Origin: Vulcanimicrobiota bacterium | GTDB lineage: Bacteria; Vulcanimicrobiota; Vulcanimicrobiia; Vulcanimicrobiales; Vulcanimicrobiaceae | Length of the DNA: 64,000 bases | Direction of reading: 5' to 3' | Assembly (NCBI GenBank): GCA_963695225.1 | Contig: OY968762.1 | Location: 2,336,001 to 2,400,000 of the forward strand | Shown: positions 16,937 through 28,322 of the stretch, piece by piece | How the letters are laid out: each line of letters opens with the position of its first letter | How positions within the stretch are numbered: the first letter of the stretch is position 1 | The notes under the pieces: model-generated | Seen by the model: only the letters and a program-made list of their open reading frames with translations | Database searches by the model: none | What the model was told of the DNA's origin: nothing | Position numbers and translations under genes: made by a program

Positions 16937-17722
16937 ATGATCGAGACGGGACCGCGTCGCCACATAACCCTGCAATCGCTCGACGGCATCGCCGTCGTCA
17001 CGCTCGCCCGCCCCGAAAAGCGTAACGCGCTCTCCCTCGAGACGATGCGCGAGATGCTCGACATGCTCGGGGAGATCGGCCGCGACCGTTCGATCCGCGT
17101 CGTCGTCCTGCGAGCCGAAGGGCCGGCTTTCAGCGCCGGGCACGACATCCGCGAGATGCTTTGCCGCGACGCGACGGCCTACCGGGAGATCTTCGATACC
17201 TGCGTGCAGATGATGACGGCGATCCAGACGATCCCGCAGCCCGTGATCGCCGAGGTCACGGGCATCGCGACGGCAGCTGGCTGCCAGCTCGTCGCAACCT
17301 GCGATTTGGCGTTTGCCTCGACCGAAGCGCGCTTCGCGACGCCGGGCGTGCGGATCGGGCTCTTCTGCACGACGCCGATGGTCGCGCTGACGCGCGCGAT
17401 CGGGCGGAAGCGCGCGATGGAGATGTTGCTCACGGGCGATTTCGTCGACGCGCCGACGGCGGCGGAGTGGGGCCTCGTGAACCGCGTCGTCGGGATCGAA
17501 GGGCTGCACGACGAAGTCATGGCGACCGCACGGCAGATCGCTTCGTCGAGTTCGTTCGTCATCGGCCTCGGCAAGCAGGCCTTCTACGCGCAGATCGATC
17601 TCGATCAACCGAAGGCATACGCGTACGCGAAGGAAGTCATGAGCATGAACGCGCTCGAAGCGGATGCGCAAGAAGGGATGGCCGCGTTCGCGGAGCGCCG
17701 CCGGCCCACGTGGGTGCACTAG
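16937..17722 (+). CDS. Enoyl-CoA hydratase family protein
   Basis: PEKRNALS, AFSAGHD, ATAAGCQLVATCD, FATPGVRIGLFC. SD AAGGAG. Confidence 0.92.
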   Translation: MIETGPRRHITLQSLDGIAVVTLARPEKRNALSLETMREMLDMLGEIGRDRSIRVVVLRAEGPAFSAGHDIREMLCRDATAYREIFDTCVQMMTAIQTIPQPVIAEVTGIATAAGCQLVATCDLAFASTEARFATPGVRIGLFCTTPMVALTRAIGRKRAMEMLLTGDFVDAPTAAEWGLVNRVVGIEGLHDEVMATARQIASSSSFVIGLGKQAFYAQIDLDQPKAYAYAKEVMSMNALEADAQEGMAAFAERRRPTWVH

Positions 17723-17732
17723 CGGCGCGCCC

Positions 17733-18780
17733 TTAGCTAGCGCGTAACGCCCGGTCTCTGGACTCGCTCGAAAAGCGCGGGGCGAGAAGCTCCGCGAGCT
17801 GCTCCGATTCCGCGAGGAACGCGTCGTGGCCGTGATGCGATTCGAGCTCGAGATAGACGCTGTCCGCGCCGTGTTCCGCGAAGCGCTCGGCGGCTCGGCG
17901 CACGTCGTCGGGGCGGAAGAGCCAATCGCTCGAGATCCCGACGAACGTGAGCGCGGGCAAGGCCCGGTCGAGCTTGCGCTCGCGCGTATCGAAGAGGTCC
18001 ATCGCCCGCGTCAGCGTGAGATACGTGTGGTCGTCCATCCGCGCGGCGAAGATGCTGCCCTGATAATTGAGATAGCCTTCGATGTCGAAACGGTCGGCGT
18101 GGTTGCGGGCCGGGTCGCCGCCCTTGCGGTCGAAGCGCCGTCCGAAGCGATGCGAGAACAGCGCTTCGCTCTTGTACGTGAGCATCGCGATCTTGCGCGC
18201 GAGCTCGATGCCGGCGGTCGGCGTAGGGCCGCCGTTGCGGATGGCCTCGCGGGCGACCGCGTTGAGCGCGATTCCCATCGCGGAGAACGAATCGTAGGCT
18301 CCGACCACGATCGCGCTCTCGACCTGGCGGGGCGCAGAGAGCGCCCATTCGAGCGCCTGCATCCCGCCGAGCGAACCGCCGATCGCGAGCGCGACGCGCG
18401 TGATGCCGAGGCGTTCGAGCGCCGCCCGCTGCGCGCGCACGATGTCGGGGACCGTGACGATCGGGAAGCTCGCCCCGTACGGCTTCCCGTCGGGCCCAGG
18501 GCTCGTCGGTCCGGTCGAACCGTAACAACCGCCGAGCGCGTTGACGCCGACGACGGCGAGCCGATTCGTGTCGAGCAGCTTGCCGGGGCCGATGAGCCCG
18601 GGCCACCAGTCGGCAACGCGGCTCGAGCCGGTCAGCGCGTGCGCGACGACGACGACGTTCGAGCCGTCGGGCCGCGCCTTGCCGTAGATCGAGACGCGCT
18701 GCACGACGCCCTCGAGCGCGACGTCGCAATCGAGCGCAAGGCGCCCGATTGCGACGTCCCGTTCGAGGGCCGGTTCGAGG

Positions 18781-18788
<8 letters not shown>
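17733..18788 (-). CDS. metX: Homoserine O-acyltransferase
   Basis: [28 protein letters not shown]. Confidence 0.92.
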
Positions 18789-20094
<1,306 letters not shown>

Positions 20095-20339
20095 CGGGCT
20101 AGCTCCTTTGCCGGTTGTGAGATGACCGAACGGGGAGCCCGCGAGCGGAAGATCTGACGATCAGCCGTGGTGCCTCGCGAGCGGACGGGTGGCAGTCGCT
20201 TCGAGCGAGGATACCGATTGTGCGGCGCCGGCCGGGAAAAGGGAAGCCTCGAGAGGCTGCCGTTTCAAACCGGTGCTTTCCGCGTGCGCTGGTTGAGAGA
20301 GCGACATGCGAACCACCCTGAGTGTAGTGAAGTTGATTC

Positions 20340-20368
20340 AACATACCGAACGTCGCGGGGTGCGTCAA
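20340..20368 (-). promoter_or_regulatory. Sigma-70 promoter of metYX, giving a ~240-nt leader
   Basis: Minus strand TTGACG-N17-TATGTT. Confidence 0.65.
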
Positions 20369-21220
20369 GATCCAACCCGCTATCCGCTTCCTTCAGGCGG
20401 GCTGCTCCAGGCTTTTGGAGCGGAGGACGGGCCGGCGCTCCTGTTCATGCACGGCATCGGAGGCGCTGCGTGGTCGTGGCTCCCGCAGGGATTGGCCCTG
20501 GCCGAGCGCTGCCGCTGCTACCTGTGGGAGGCCCGCGGCCACGGTGCGGCGTCACCCGCTCGCGACGTGACGCTCGGCGACTATTACCAGGACGGGCTTG
20601 AAGCGCTGAACTTCATCCGCGAACGGGGCGAGCCGCCGATCGTCGCGGCTCATTCGATGGGGGGGCTCATCGCCATGGCGCTCGGCGCCGATCATCCGGC
20701 GGCCGTGCGCGGGCTCTTCCTCCTCGAGCCGGTGTACGCTCCCGGCGGCCCGCCGCCGTCGCTGACGCGGCTCGGGAGTGCGGCGCGGAACTCTTTGCGC
20801 TCGTTGCTCCTTGCGGTTCCGCGCGAAGGAACGCTCTCGCTGGCGCTTTCGCGAGCGGTGTTCCACTCGGCTTTCACGGACCGCGCCGCGGAGGCGCGAG
20901 CCTGGGAAGAGCAGCGGCGCCAGCCGATCGTCGAGTTCCCCGCGATGTTCCTAGAAGGCGTCGAGGGGCGCTTCGAGCAGCGCGCGTTCGCGCGGGAATT
21001 GCGCGTTCCGGCGCTCCTGCTCGAGGGCTCGATCGCGCGGCGCCGTCCGCGTTTCCCCGGGCTCGTCGCGGACTTGCGCGCGGCGCTGGGCGACCGTTTC
21101 CGATACGAGGTCGCGGAGGGCGGACATTACCTGCAACTCGACCGGCCCGCCGTGGTGACCCGCTTGCTGGAAGCCTTCGTCGCGAGCCTCTCAACGGCCG
21201 CGCACGGTCTTCCCGCGTAG
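20360..21220 (+). CDS. Alpha/beta hydrolase
   Basis: FMHGIGG, RGHG, nucleophile AHSMGG, GGHYLQLD. Start uncertain (GTG 20360 or ATG 20306). Confidence 0.85.
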   Translation: MRQDPTRYPLPSGGLLQAFGAEDGPALLFMHGIGGAAWSWLPQGLALAERCRCYLWEARGHGAASPARDVTLGDYYQDGLEALNFIRERGEPPIVAAHSMGGLIAMALGADHPAAVRGLFLLEPVYAPGGPPPSLTRLGSAARNSLRSLLLAVPREGTLSLALSRAVFHSAFTDRAAEARAWEEQRRQPIVEFPAMFLEGVEGRFEQRAFARELRVPALLLEGSIARRRPRFPGLVADLRAALGDRFRYEVAEGGHYLQLDRPAVVTRLLEAFVASLSTAAHGLPA

Positions 21221-21470
21221 CCCGCGTCCGGGGCGGGGCGGGGTTCCTCCGCGGGGACGCCCGCCCCGCCCCGGACGCTGCCTACATTCTTGTGGGAAGG
21301 CTCCGTCGGCAAGCTGCGCGCGCCGCGGAGAAAGGCGCCCCGCCCCGGACGCTACCTGCGTTCTCGTGGGAAGGCTCCGCGGGCAAGCTGCACTCCCCGC
21401 GGAGAAACCCCGCGCCGCCCCGGACGCTACCTGCATACCGTGGAAAGTGTGGCTCCGCCGGCAAGCTTCA
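21221..21470. repeat. Imperfect 74-75 bp tandem repeat (~2.7 copies) with an inverted first arm; dispersed family
   Basis: CCGCCCCGGACGCT at 21266, 21340 and 21415, each followed by GGCTCCGnnGGCAAGCT. Related copy at 38390-38552. Confidence 0.85.
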
Positions 21471-21527
21471 CTTTGTTGATGGGCGGCGTGCAGGGGGTCG
21501 GGTAGTTCGCGAAGATGATGATAAGGA

Positions 21528-23528
21528 ATGCGGAGAGTTCTCCTCGCCCTGATGTGTCTCGGGCTCCTTGCTGCGCTTTGGGTTGCCGTTCTTCGAGCGC
21601 ACGATGAGGCGCAATCGCGCCGGGTCGAGATCGCGCTCGACTACTCGGAATTCGCGGCGCTCGCCGATTCCTATGGATACGATCAAGAGAAGTTCCTCAT
21701 CGCATTGCGGGCCGCCGGCCTCACGTCGCTCGCGGTCTCCGAGGAGCTCGGTGCGAACGTCAACTTTTCGAACGGGGCCGTCTTCGTCAGCGGGCAACAG
21801 CTGATCGACCAAGCGCGCCTGGGCCCGCTCGGCGAGCCGACGCTCGCGCGTCTGGGGCGCGAAGGGAAGCTCTCGCCTGCGGATATGTACCTCTTGGTCT
21901 ACGCCCCCGACGAGATCGAGCGGTACCGCGAAGCTCTGGCGCTGCATTTCAGCCCGCACAGCGTGCGCGCGTTGCGCGCCTCGGGGCCGGCGATCTTCGC
22001 CGTGCGCTCGCAGGTCGATTTCTTCGGCGCGCTCGGCCTTGGGCTGCCGGCCCAACCGCTCGCGCTCGCGCGGAAGACGCACCTGTTGCTCGTGCCGCGC
22101 TATCAAAACGACGAGCGGTTCGGAGCCGAGAAGATCTCGGCATTGCTTGCAGCCGCGCGGGATCAGGGGAAGATCAGCACGATCGTTTTCTTCGGAACGC
22201 GTAACGAAGCGCTCGGATTCCCCGATCACATCGCCGACATGGCCGACGCGATCCGGTCCGCGGGCTATAACTTCGGGCTGATCGAGACCTACGACAAGAC
22301 GCAGGTGCAGAAAGGGAGCGAGGAGCTCGGGCAGCTCCTCCCCGCCAACACCGTGCGCGTCCAAGCGATCGCCAAGCTCGATCAAGATCGGCTCGATCTC
22401 GATACGGTCGCGGCGCGCTACATCCTCGGCGTGCGCGAGCGAAACGTGCGCGTCATCTACTTGCGTCCGCTCGCGCACGCGGACGGCGCTCTCTCGCTCG
22501 AGATGACGAACGTCAAGCTCGTTCGCACTCTCAAGCAGCAGTTGCACGCCGCCGGCTTCATTCTTGGGCGCGCGCGGCCGGTCGGGGCGCCGGCGGGGCG
22601 CGAATTCTCGATTCCCTTCCCGCTCGTCGTGCTCGTCTCGCTCGCCGTTCCGGCGATTTGCCTCTTGCTGCTCGACGCGTTCGGCTACCGGGGCGGCCGG
22701 CTCGCGCTTGCGGCGTTCGGCCTGGATCTCGTGCTGCTGGCGGCCGGAGCCGCGACGCACCACGACCTGCTCGTCCGCAAGCTGCTCGCGCTCGCCGGCG
22801 CGATCGCGTTCGCGGTCGCCGCCGTCGTCGTCATCTCGCGCCGCTTCAGGGAGGAACCGCCCGAAACGCTCGGCGCGACGCTGGCCGCCGGCCTGCAGAC
22901 GGTGGCGCGCTCCACGGCCGTCGCGCTGTGCGGCGGGCTCGTCGTCGTCGGGTTGCTCAGCGTGCCGTTGCTGATGTCCGAAATCGATCGCTTCACGGGC
23001 GTCAAAGCGGTGCTGCTCCTCCCGCCGCTCGTCGTGCTCGCGCTCTACCTCTACACGCGCCGCTTTCGGGGGAGCGCACCGCTCGATCCGCTCGAGAGCG
23101 CGCAATCGCCCGTGCGCGTCTATCAACTCGCGCTCGTCGGTGTGCTCGCCGCTGCCGCTTTCATCTATGTGTCGCGCAGCGGAAACACGAGCGACATCAC
23201 GCCTTCGACGTTCGAGCTCTCGCTGCGCTCGGGCTTGACGGAGGTGCTCGGCGTGCGGCCGCGGTTCAAGGAATTCGTCGTCGGGTTCCCCCTCTTGATG
23301 CTGCTCCCGGCGCTGCGGCTCGAACACAAGCGCGCGCTCGGGTGGATCTTCGCGCTCGGCATCGCGGTCGGGACGTCCGATATCGTCGATACGTTCTCGC
23401 ACTTGCACACGCCGCTCGCCGTTTCGTTGATCCGTCTCGGGAACGGGGCGGTGCTCGGGTGCCTCATCGGCGCGCTCGCGATCGTCGCGTACCGAGCGGT
23501 GGCGGCGCGCTCCGGGGCGCGCGCCTAG
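21528..23528 (+). CDS. DUF5693-like membrane protein
   Basis: VRERNVRVIYLRP, FTGVK, GVRPRFKEF..GFP, DTFSHLHTP. Directly upstream of csaB. Confidence 0.8.
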   Translation: MRRVLLALMCLGLLAALWVAVLRAHDEAQSRRVEIALDYSEFAALADSYGYDQEKFLIALRAAGLTSLAVSEELGANVNFSNGAVFVSGQQLIDQARLGPLGEPTLARLGREGKLSPADMYLLVYAPDEIERYREALALHFSPHSVRALRASGPAIFAVRSQVDFFGALGLGLPAQPLALARKTHLLLVPRYQNDERFGAEKISALLAAARDQGKISTIVFFGTRNEALGFPDHIADMADAIRSAGYNFGLIETYDKTQVQKGSEELGQLLPANTVRVQAIAKLDQDRLDLDTVAARYILGVRERNVRVIYLRPLAHADGALSLEMTNVKLVRTLKQQLHAAGFILGRARPVGAPAGREFSIPFPLVVLVSLAVPAICLLLLDAFGYRGGRLALAAFGLDLVLLAAGAATHHDLLVRKLLALAGAIAFAVAAVVVISRRFREEPPETLGATLAAGLQTVARSTAVALCGGLVVVGLLSVPLLMSEIDRFTGVKAVLLLPPLVVLALYLYTRRFRGSAPLDPLESAQSPVRVYQLALVGVLAAAAFIYVSRSGNTSDITPSTFELSLRSGLTEVLGVRPRFKEFVVGFPLLMLLPALRLEHKRALGWIFALGIAVGTSDIVDTFSHLHTPLAVSLIRLGNGAVLGCLIGALAIVAYRAVAARSGARA

Positions 23529-23533
23529 CGGCG

Positions 23534-24610
23534 ATGCGCATCCTGCTCAGCGGCTATTACGGTTTCGGGAACCTCGGCGACGAGGCGTTGCTCGAGATCA
23601 TCGTCGCCGAATTGCGGACGCGCTTCCCGCTCGCGGAGATCGACGTGCTCTCGGCGCAACCGGAAGCGACGGCGCACGCGCTCGGCGTCTTTGCGACGCA
23701 GCGCGCGGACCTCGCCCAAGTGCGGCGCGCAATCGATCGCGCCGACGTGGTGCTCTCCGGAGGCGGCGGCCTCTTGCAGAACGTAACGAGCCTCAAGAGC
23801 TTGCTCTACTACGCCGGGATCATCCGAAGCGCGATTCGGGCGGGGAAGAAGACGATGATCTTCGCGCAGTCGATCGGACCGCTCGATTTCATCGGCAAGC
23901 AAACGGTTCGCGAGTGCTGCCGCGGCCTTTCCGCCGCGACCGTCCGCGACGAACGCTCGCGCGAATTGCTGCAGGAGCTCGTCTCCGGGATCCGAGTCGA
24001 ACGCACCGCGGACCCCGTCTTCCTCTACGAGAGCGCGCCCGATGCGGAGTGTCTCGAACGCGTCCCCGACGGCGATGCGCTCGTGGTCGTGAGCGTTCGG
24101 AAGACGCCCCACTTCGAAACGCTCGCGCTACGCCTCGCCGCGGCCGTCGACCGGCTCGGGGAACGATATGGCGCCCGCGTCGCTTTCGTCGCGCTCGGCG
24201 GCCAACCGGATGCCGAGGCTGCGACGACGGTGATTCGGAAGTGCCGCTCCCACCCGATGCTGCTTCCCGTCGAAGGCCTCGGCCCCACGGCCAAGGTGCT
24301 CGAGCGCGCCCAACTCGTGATCGGCGTCCGCCTGCACGCGTTGATCCTTGCGGCGCGGTTCGCGGTGCCGTTCTTGGCCGTTCCCTACGATCCGAAGGTG
24401 ACGGGCCTGTGCGACGATCTCGCCTATCCGCTCCCGCCGCTCTGGCAGCCGTCCGACCGTTCCGTTCCGCGCGAAGACCTCGCGGCCTTGGTCGACCGGG
24501 CATGGACGGAGCGGGCCGCCCTGCGCGCCTGGCTCGTCCCCGCCGCCGAACGGATGCGGGCGCTCGCGGAGCGCAACTTCACGGCGCTCGAGCAACTCGT
24601 CCGAGCTTAG
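23534..24610 (+). CDS. csaB: Polysaccharide pyruvyl transferase
   Basis: MRILLSGYYGFGNLGDEA, SGGGGLLQNVTS, GVRLHALI, YDPKV. Confidence 0.93.
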   Translation: MRILLSGYYGFGNLGDEALLEIIVAELRTRFPLAEIDVLSAQPEATAHALGVFATQRADLAQVRRAIDRADVVLSGGGGLLQNVTSLKSLLYYAGIIRSAIRAGKKTMIFAQSIGPLDFIGKQTVRECCRGLSAATVRDERSRELLQELVSGIRVERTADPVFLYESAPDAECLERVPDGDALVVVSVRKTPHFETLALRLAAAVDRLGERYGARVAFVALGGQPDAEAATTVIRKCRSHPMLLPVEGLGPTAKVLERAQLVIGVRLHALILAARFAVPFLAVPYDPKVTGLCDDLAYPLPPLWQPSDRSVPREDLAALVDRAWTERAALRAWLVPAAERMRALAERNFTALEQLVRA

Positions 24611-24665
24611 GGCCGGCCCTTAGGCGGCAGGCGCGCCCCCCGGCGGGCCGAACCTAGAGCGTTCG

Positions 24666-25445
24666 ATGCCGCGCGCTTTGACGTTGGGGCGGATCGCGGG
24701 AATCCGCGTTGCGATCCATTGGACTTGGCTTTTCCTCTACGTCTTGGCGACGTGGTCGTTCGCCTCGACGCTCGAGAGCAACGGCCGCGCCGTCCCGCTT
24801 GCGCTGTGCGCGTTCGGGACGCTGCTCGTCTTCGCGAGCCTCGTCGCCCACGAGTTCGCTCACGCGCTCGTCGCGCGACGCTTCGGCGTCGGGACCAGCG
24901 CGATCGTGCTGTTCCTGTTCGGCGGGGCGGCGACGCTCGAGCGCGAGCCGCCGACGCCGCGGGCGGAGATCGCGATCGCGCTCGCGGGGCCGTTCGCAAG
25001 CCTGCTGCTCGGCGCGTGCGCGTTCGGAGCGGATGCCGCGTTCTCGCGCCTTCCGGGGGCGGCTGCCGCAGCCGCCTCCGATCTTTGCGGGTTGTTGGCT
25101 TCGAGCAACATCGCCATCGCGTTGTTCAACCTGCTCCCCGCGTTTCCGATGGACGGCGGCCGCGTAGTGCGCGCGGTGCTGTGGCACTACCGCCGCCACT
25201 GCGCCTCGGCGACGGCGCTGGCGGCGCTGACCGGCCTCGTCAGCGCCGCCGCGTTTGCTGCCGGCGGAGGGTACATGCTGTACCTGACGCGCGACTGGGC
25301 TTACTGCTGGTTGATCGTGATGGGCATTTTCGTCGCCCGCACCGCCTGGCGCGGCTACGCGGATGCGCGCTCGCTTCAAGAGATCGAACGGCTCGAGGCG
25401 ACCCTCCGCACGGTCGCGCGCCCGATCGTAGAACCCGCCACGTGA
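24666..25445 (+). CDS. Site-2 protease (peptidase M50), no CBS domains
   Basis: HEFAH, IALAGP, FNLLPAFPMDGGR. Confidence 0.92.
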   Translation: MPRALTLGRIAGIRVAIHWTWLFLYVLATWSFASTLESNGRAVPLALCAFGTLLVFASLVAHEFAHALVARRFGVGTSAIVLFLFGGAATLEREPPTPRAEIAIALAGPFASLLLGACAFGADAAFSRLPGAAAAAASDLCGLLASSNIAIALFNLLPAFPMDGGRVVRAVLWHYRRHCASATALAALTGLVSAAAFAAGGGYMLYLTRDWAYCWLIVMGIFVARTAWRGYADARSLQEIERLEATLRTVARPIVEPAT

Positions 25446-25473
25446 GCCGAACTCGCCGCCCCGAAATGAGACG

Positions 25474-28251
25474 ATGACCGACTATCGCGCGACCCTCAAC
25501 CTCCCGAAGACGGACTTCCCGATGAAGGCCGACTTGCCGAAACGCGAGCCGGACCGCGTCGCGTGGTGGAAGCAGCACCAGGTGTACGAGCGCCGCCTCG
25601 CGCGGAACGCAAAGAATCCACCCTGGATCCTCCACGACGGCCCGCCCTACGCGAACGGCGGGGTTCACATGGGCACGTTCCTGAACCGCGTCCTCAAGGA
25701 CGTCTTCGTCAAGGTGCATCTGCTCGACGGGAAGTTCGCGAAATTCGTTCCCGGATGGGACATGCACGGGCTGCCGATCGAGTTCGAGACGCTCAAGCAT
25801 CTCAAGCTGGATTTCCGCAAGATCGATCCGATCGAACTCCGTGCCAAGTGTCGCGAGCGCGCGCTGTATTGGCTCGACGTGCAGCGCACGACGTTCCTGC
25901 GCATGGGCTTGCTCGGCGAGTTCGATCATCCGTACCGGACGATCGATAAAGAATTCGAAGCGGTGATCGTCGAGGCGCTCGCGGATCTCTCGGAGGCCGG
26001 GCAACTCTACAAGGGCCTGCGCTCGACGTTGTGGTGCATCCACGACGAGACCGCGCTCGCCGAAGCCGAGATCGAATACAAGGACAAGGTCTCGCCCGCG
26101 ATCTACGTGCGCTTCGCCGCCGACGCGGCGCAGAGCGCCGACCTCGAACGGCGCTTCGGGCTGCGCGACACTACGGGCTTGCCGAGGCCGCTCTCGTTCG
26201 TGATCTGGACGACGACGCCGTGGACGCTCCCCGCGAACGTTGCGATCGCCCTCAAGCCCGATGCGACCTACGGCCTCTATGCGAACGGCACCGAACGCTA
26301 CATCGTCGCCGAAGCGCTCGAACCCGCGGTGCGGGAGAAAGCGGGCTTCGCCGAGGCGGCGAAGCTGTGCACGGTTCCCGGCGAGGCGCTGATCGGCGCG
26401 AGCGTGAGGCATCCGTTCCTCGAGCGCAATTCGGAGATCGTCGGCGCGGATTACGTCGAACTCGAAACCGGGACGGGCGCGGTCCATACGGCGCCGGGGC
26501 ACGGCGTCGACGACTTCGAAACGGGCGTGCAATACGGCTTGCCGATCGTCAACCCGGTCGACGGGCGCGGCCACTTCACGGCGGAGGCCGGGCCGTACGC
26601 CGGCCTGCAAGTGTTCGCCGCGAACGAGAAGATCATCGAGGATCTCGCCGCGAGCGGCGCGCTCTGGGCGCGCGAATCGTACTCGCATTCCTACCCGCAT
26701 TGTTGGCGCTGCAAGAACCCCGTGATCTTCCGCGCGACCTCGCAGTGGTTCATGGCGATGGACGTCAACCGGCTTCGCAAGCGGATCGAAGAGAAGCTGC
26801 CGAGCGTTGCGTTCACGCCCGCCTGGGGGCAGAACCGCATGCGGCAGATGATCGAGAACCACCCCGAGTGGTGCCTTTCGCGGCAGCGCACGTGGGGGAC
26901 GCCGATCCCTGCCGTCGTCTGCCGGGCCTGCAACGAATCGACGCTCGATCCCGAGGTCGCGCGGCGCGCCGCCGCGCGCTTCCGCGAGGTCGGTGCCGAC
27001 GCGTGGTGGAGCGACGATCTCGCCACGTTCCTCCCCGCTCGTTTCTCGTGCCCGAAGTGCCGCGGTACGGAGTTCGAAAAAGAGCTCAACATCGTCGACA
27101 TCTGGTTCGAATCCGGCGTCACGCATCTCGCGGTCCTAGGCCGCGACGGGATGCCCTGGCCCGCCGACGCGTACTTGGAAGGCAGCGATCAATACCGCGG
27201 CTGGTTCCGCAGCAATCTGATCACGGCGGTCGCGATCAAGGGCGCGCCGCCGTACAAGTCGGTCGTCTCGACCGGCTGGGTCGTCGACGCGCATGGCCAC
27301 GCGATGCACAAATCGGCCGGCAACTACATCGGCGCCGACGACGCGATGCAGAAGTACGGGGCGGACGTCCTGCGCTTGTGGACGGCTTCCGTCGAGTTCA
27401 CCGCGGACATGCGCTTGGGCGACGAGCTGCTCAAGAGCGTCGGCAGCGTCTATCGCAACCTGCGCTATCGCCTGCGCATGTTGCTCGGGCTCATCGACGA
27501 TCTGACGCCCGAGCACTTGATCGCGCGCGAGCACCTCGAACCGCTCGACCGCCTCGCGCTGGCCGCGCTCGATTCGTTTGCGCGCAGGGCCGCGAAAGCG
27601 TACAAGCGCTACGATTTGCACGACGTGTACCTGGCCTTGATCGATTTCGATGCGGACCTATCCGGCTTCTACATCGATCTGCTCAAGGATCGCACGTATT
27701 CGAGCGCACCGGATGCCGCCCGCCGGCGCAGCGCGCAGACGGCGCTGTACGCGATCTTCAAATCCCTCGTCGCGCTGCTCGCGCCCGTGCTCTCGTTCAC
27801 TGCGGAGGAGGCCTGGCAGCACGTCCCCTCGGCGCTGCGCGGCGATGCCGAAAGCGTGTTCGACCTCTCGCTCCCAGGCGGCGGCGAGGCTCCGGCGAGC
27901 GAAGCCGGCGAGCTCGAATTGTGGGCGGCGCTCAAACAGTTGCGGGCGAACGTTGCGGCAGCGGAGGGCGCGCGGGATTTCCAACTGCAGGCGACGGTGA
28001 TCGCACCGCCGGCGCTCGCGACGCGCCTCGCCGGACTCGGCGACAATCTCCGCGAAGCGCTCGTCGTCTCGGCGCTGGCGCTGCGCGAAGATTCCTCGGC
28101 GACGGCGCCGCGCGTCGAGCTGGCCCCCGCCGAGGGCGAGAAGTGCGTGCGGTGCTGGAAGTATCTGCCGCTCGGCAGCGATCCGGAGCACCCCTCGCTC
28201 TGCGCTCCGTGCGCGCACATCGTGCGCGAGATCGCCGCGCGCGTGCCGTAG
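25474..28251 (+). CDS. ileS: Isoleucine--tRNA ligase (type 1-like)
   Basis: LHDGPPYANG, GWDMHGLPIE, WTTTPWTLP, GTGAVH, WCLSRQR, EGSDQYRGWF, C-terminal CVRC…CAPC zinc finger. Confidence 0.97.
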   Translation: MTDYRATLNLPKTDFPMKADLPKREPDRVAWWKQHQVYERRLARNAKNPPWILHDGPPYANGGVHMGTFLNRVLKDVFVKVHLLDGKFAKFVPGWDMHGLPIEFETLKHLKLDFRKIDPIELRAKCRERALYWLDVQRTTFLRMGLLGEFDHPYRTIDKEFEAVIVEALADLSEAGQLYKGLRSTLWCIHDETALAEAEIEYKDKVSPAIYVRFAADAAQSADLERRFGLRDTTGLPRPLSFVIWTTTPWTLPANVAIALKPDATYGLYANGTERYIVAEALEPAVREKAGFAEAAKLCTVPGEALIGASVRHPFLERNSEIVGADYVELETGTGAVHTAPGHGVDDFETGVQYGLPIVNPVDGRGHFTAEAGPYAGLQVFAANEKIIEDLAASGALWARESYSHSYPHCWRCKNPVIFRATSQWFMAMDVNRLRKRIEEKLPSVAFTPAWGQNRMRQMIENHPEWCLSRQRTWGTPIPAVVCRACNESTLDPEVARRAAARFREVGADAWWSDDLATFLPARFSCPKCRGTEFEKELNIVDIWFESGVTHLAVLGRDGMPWPADAYLEGSDQYRGWFRSNLITAVAIKGAPPYKSVVSTGWVVDAHGHAMHKSAGNYIGADDAMQKYGADVLRLWTASVEFTADMRLGDELLKSVGSVYRNLRYRLRMLLGLIDDLTPEHLIAREHLEPLDRLALAALDSFARRAAKAYKRYDLHDVYLALIDFDADLSGFYIDLLKDRTYSSAPDAARRRSAQTALYAIFKSLVALLAPVLSFTAEEAWQHVPSALRGDAESVFDLSLPGGGEAPASEAGELELWAALKQLRANVAAAEGARDFQLQATVIAPPALATRLAGLGDNLREALVVSALALREDSSATAPRVELAPAEGEKCVRCWKYLPLGSDPEHPSLCAPCAHIVREIAARVP

Positions 28252-28322
28252 GCCCGAGCGGGCGGCGCCGAGCGGGAGATGTGCGCCCGCTCACACGAGC
28301 GGGCGCCTTCGTTCGTGCCATC

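Noticed and set aside
21221..21470. Possible CRISPR array
   Set aside because: Units are similar along their whole length with no unique spacers, there are fewer than 3 full copies, and no cas genes are present.
25446..25473. T-box upstream of ileS
   Set aside because: Only 28 nt separate ileS from the upstream gene.
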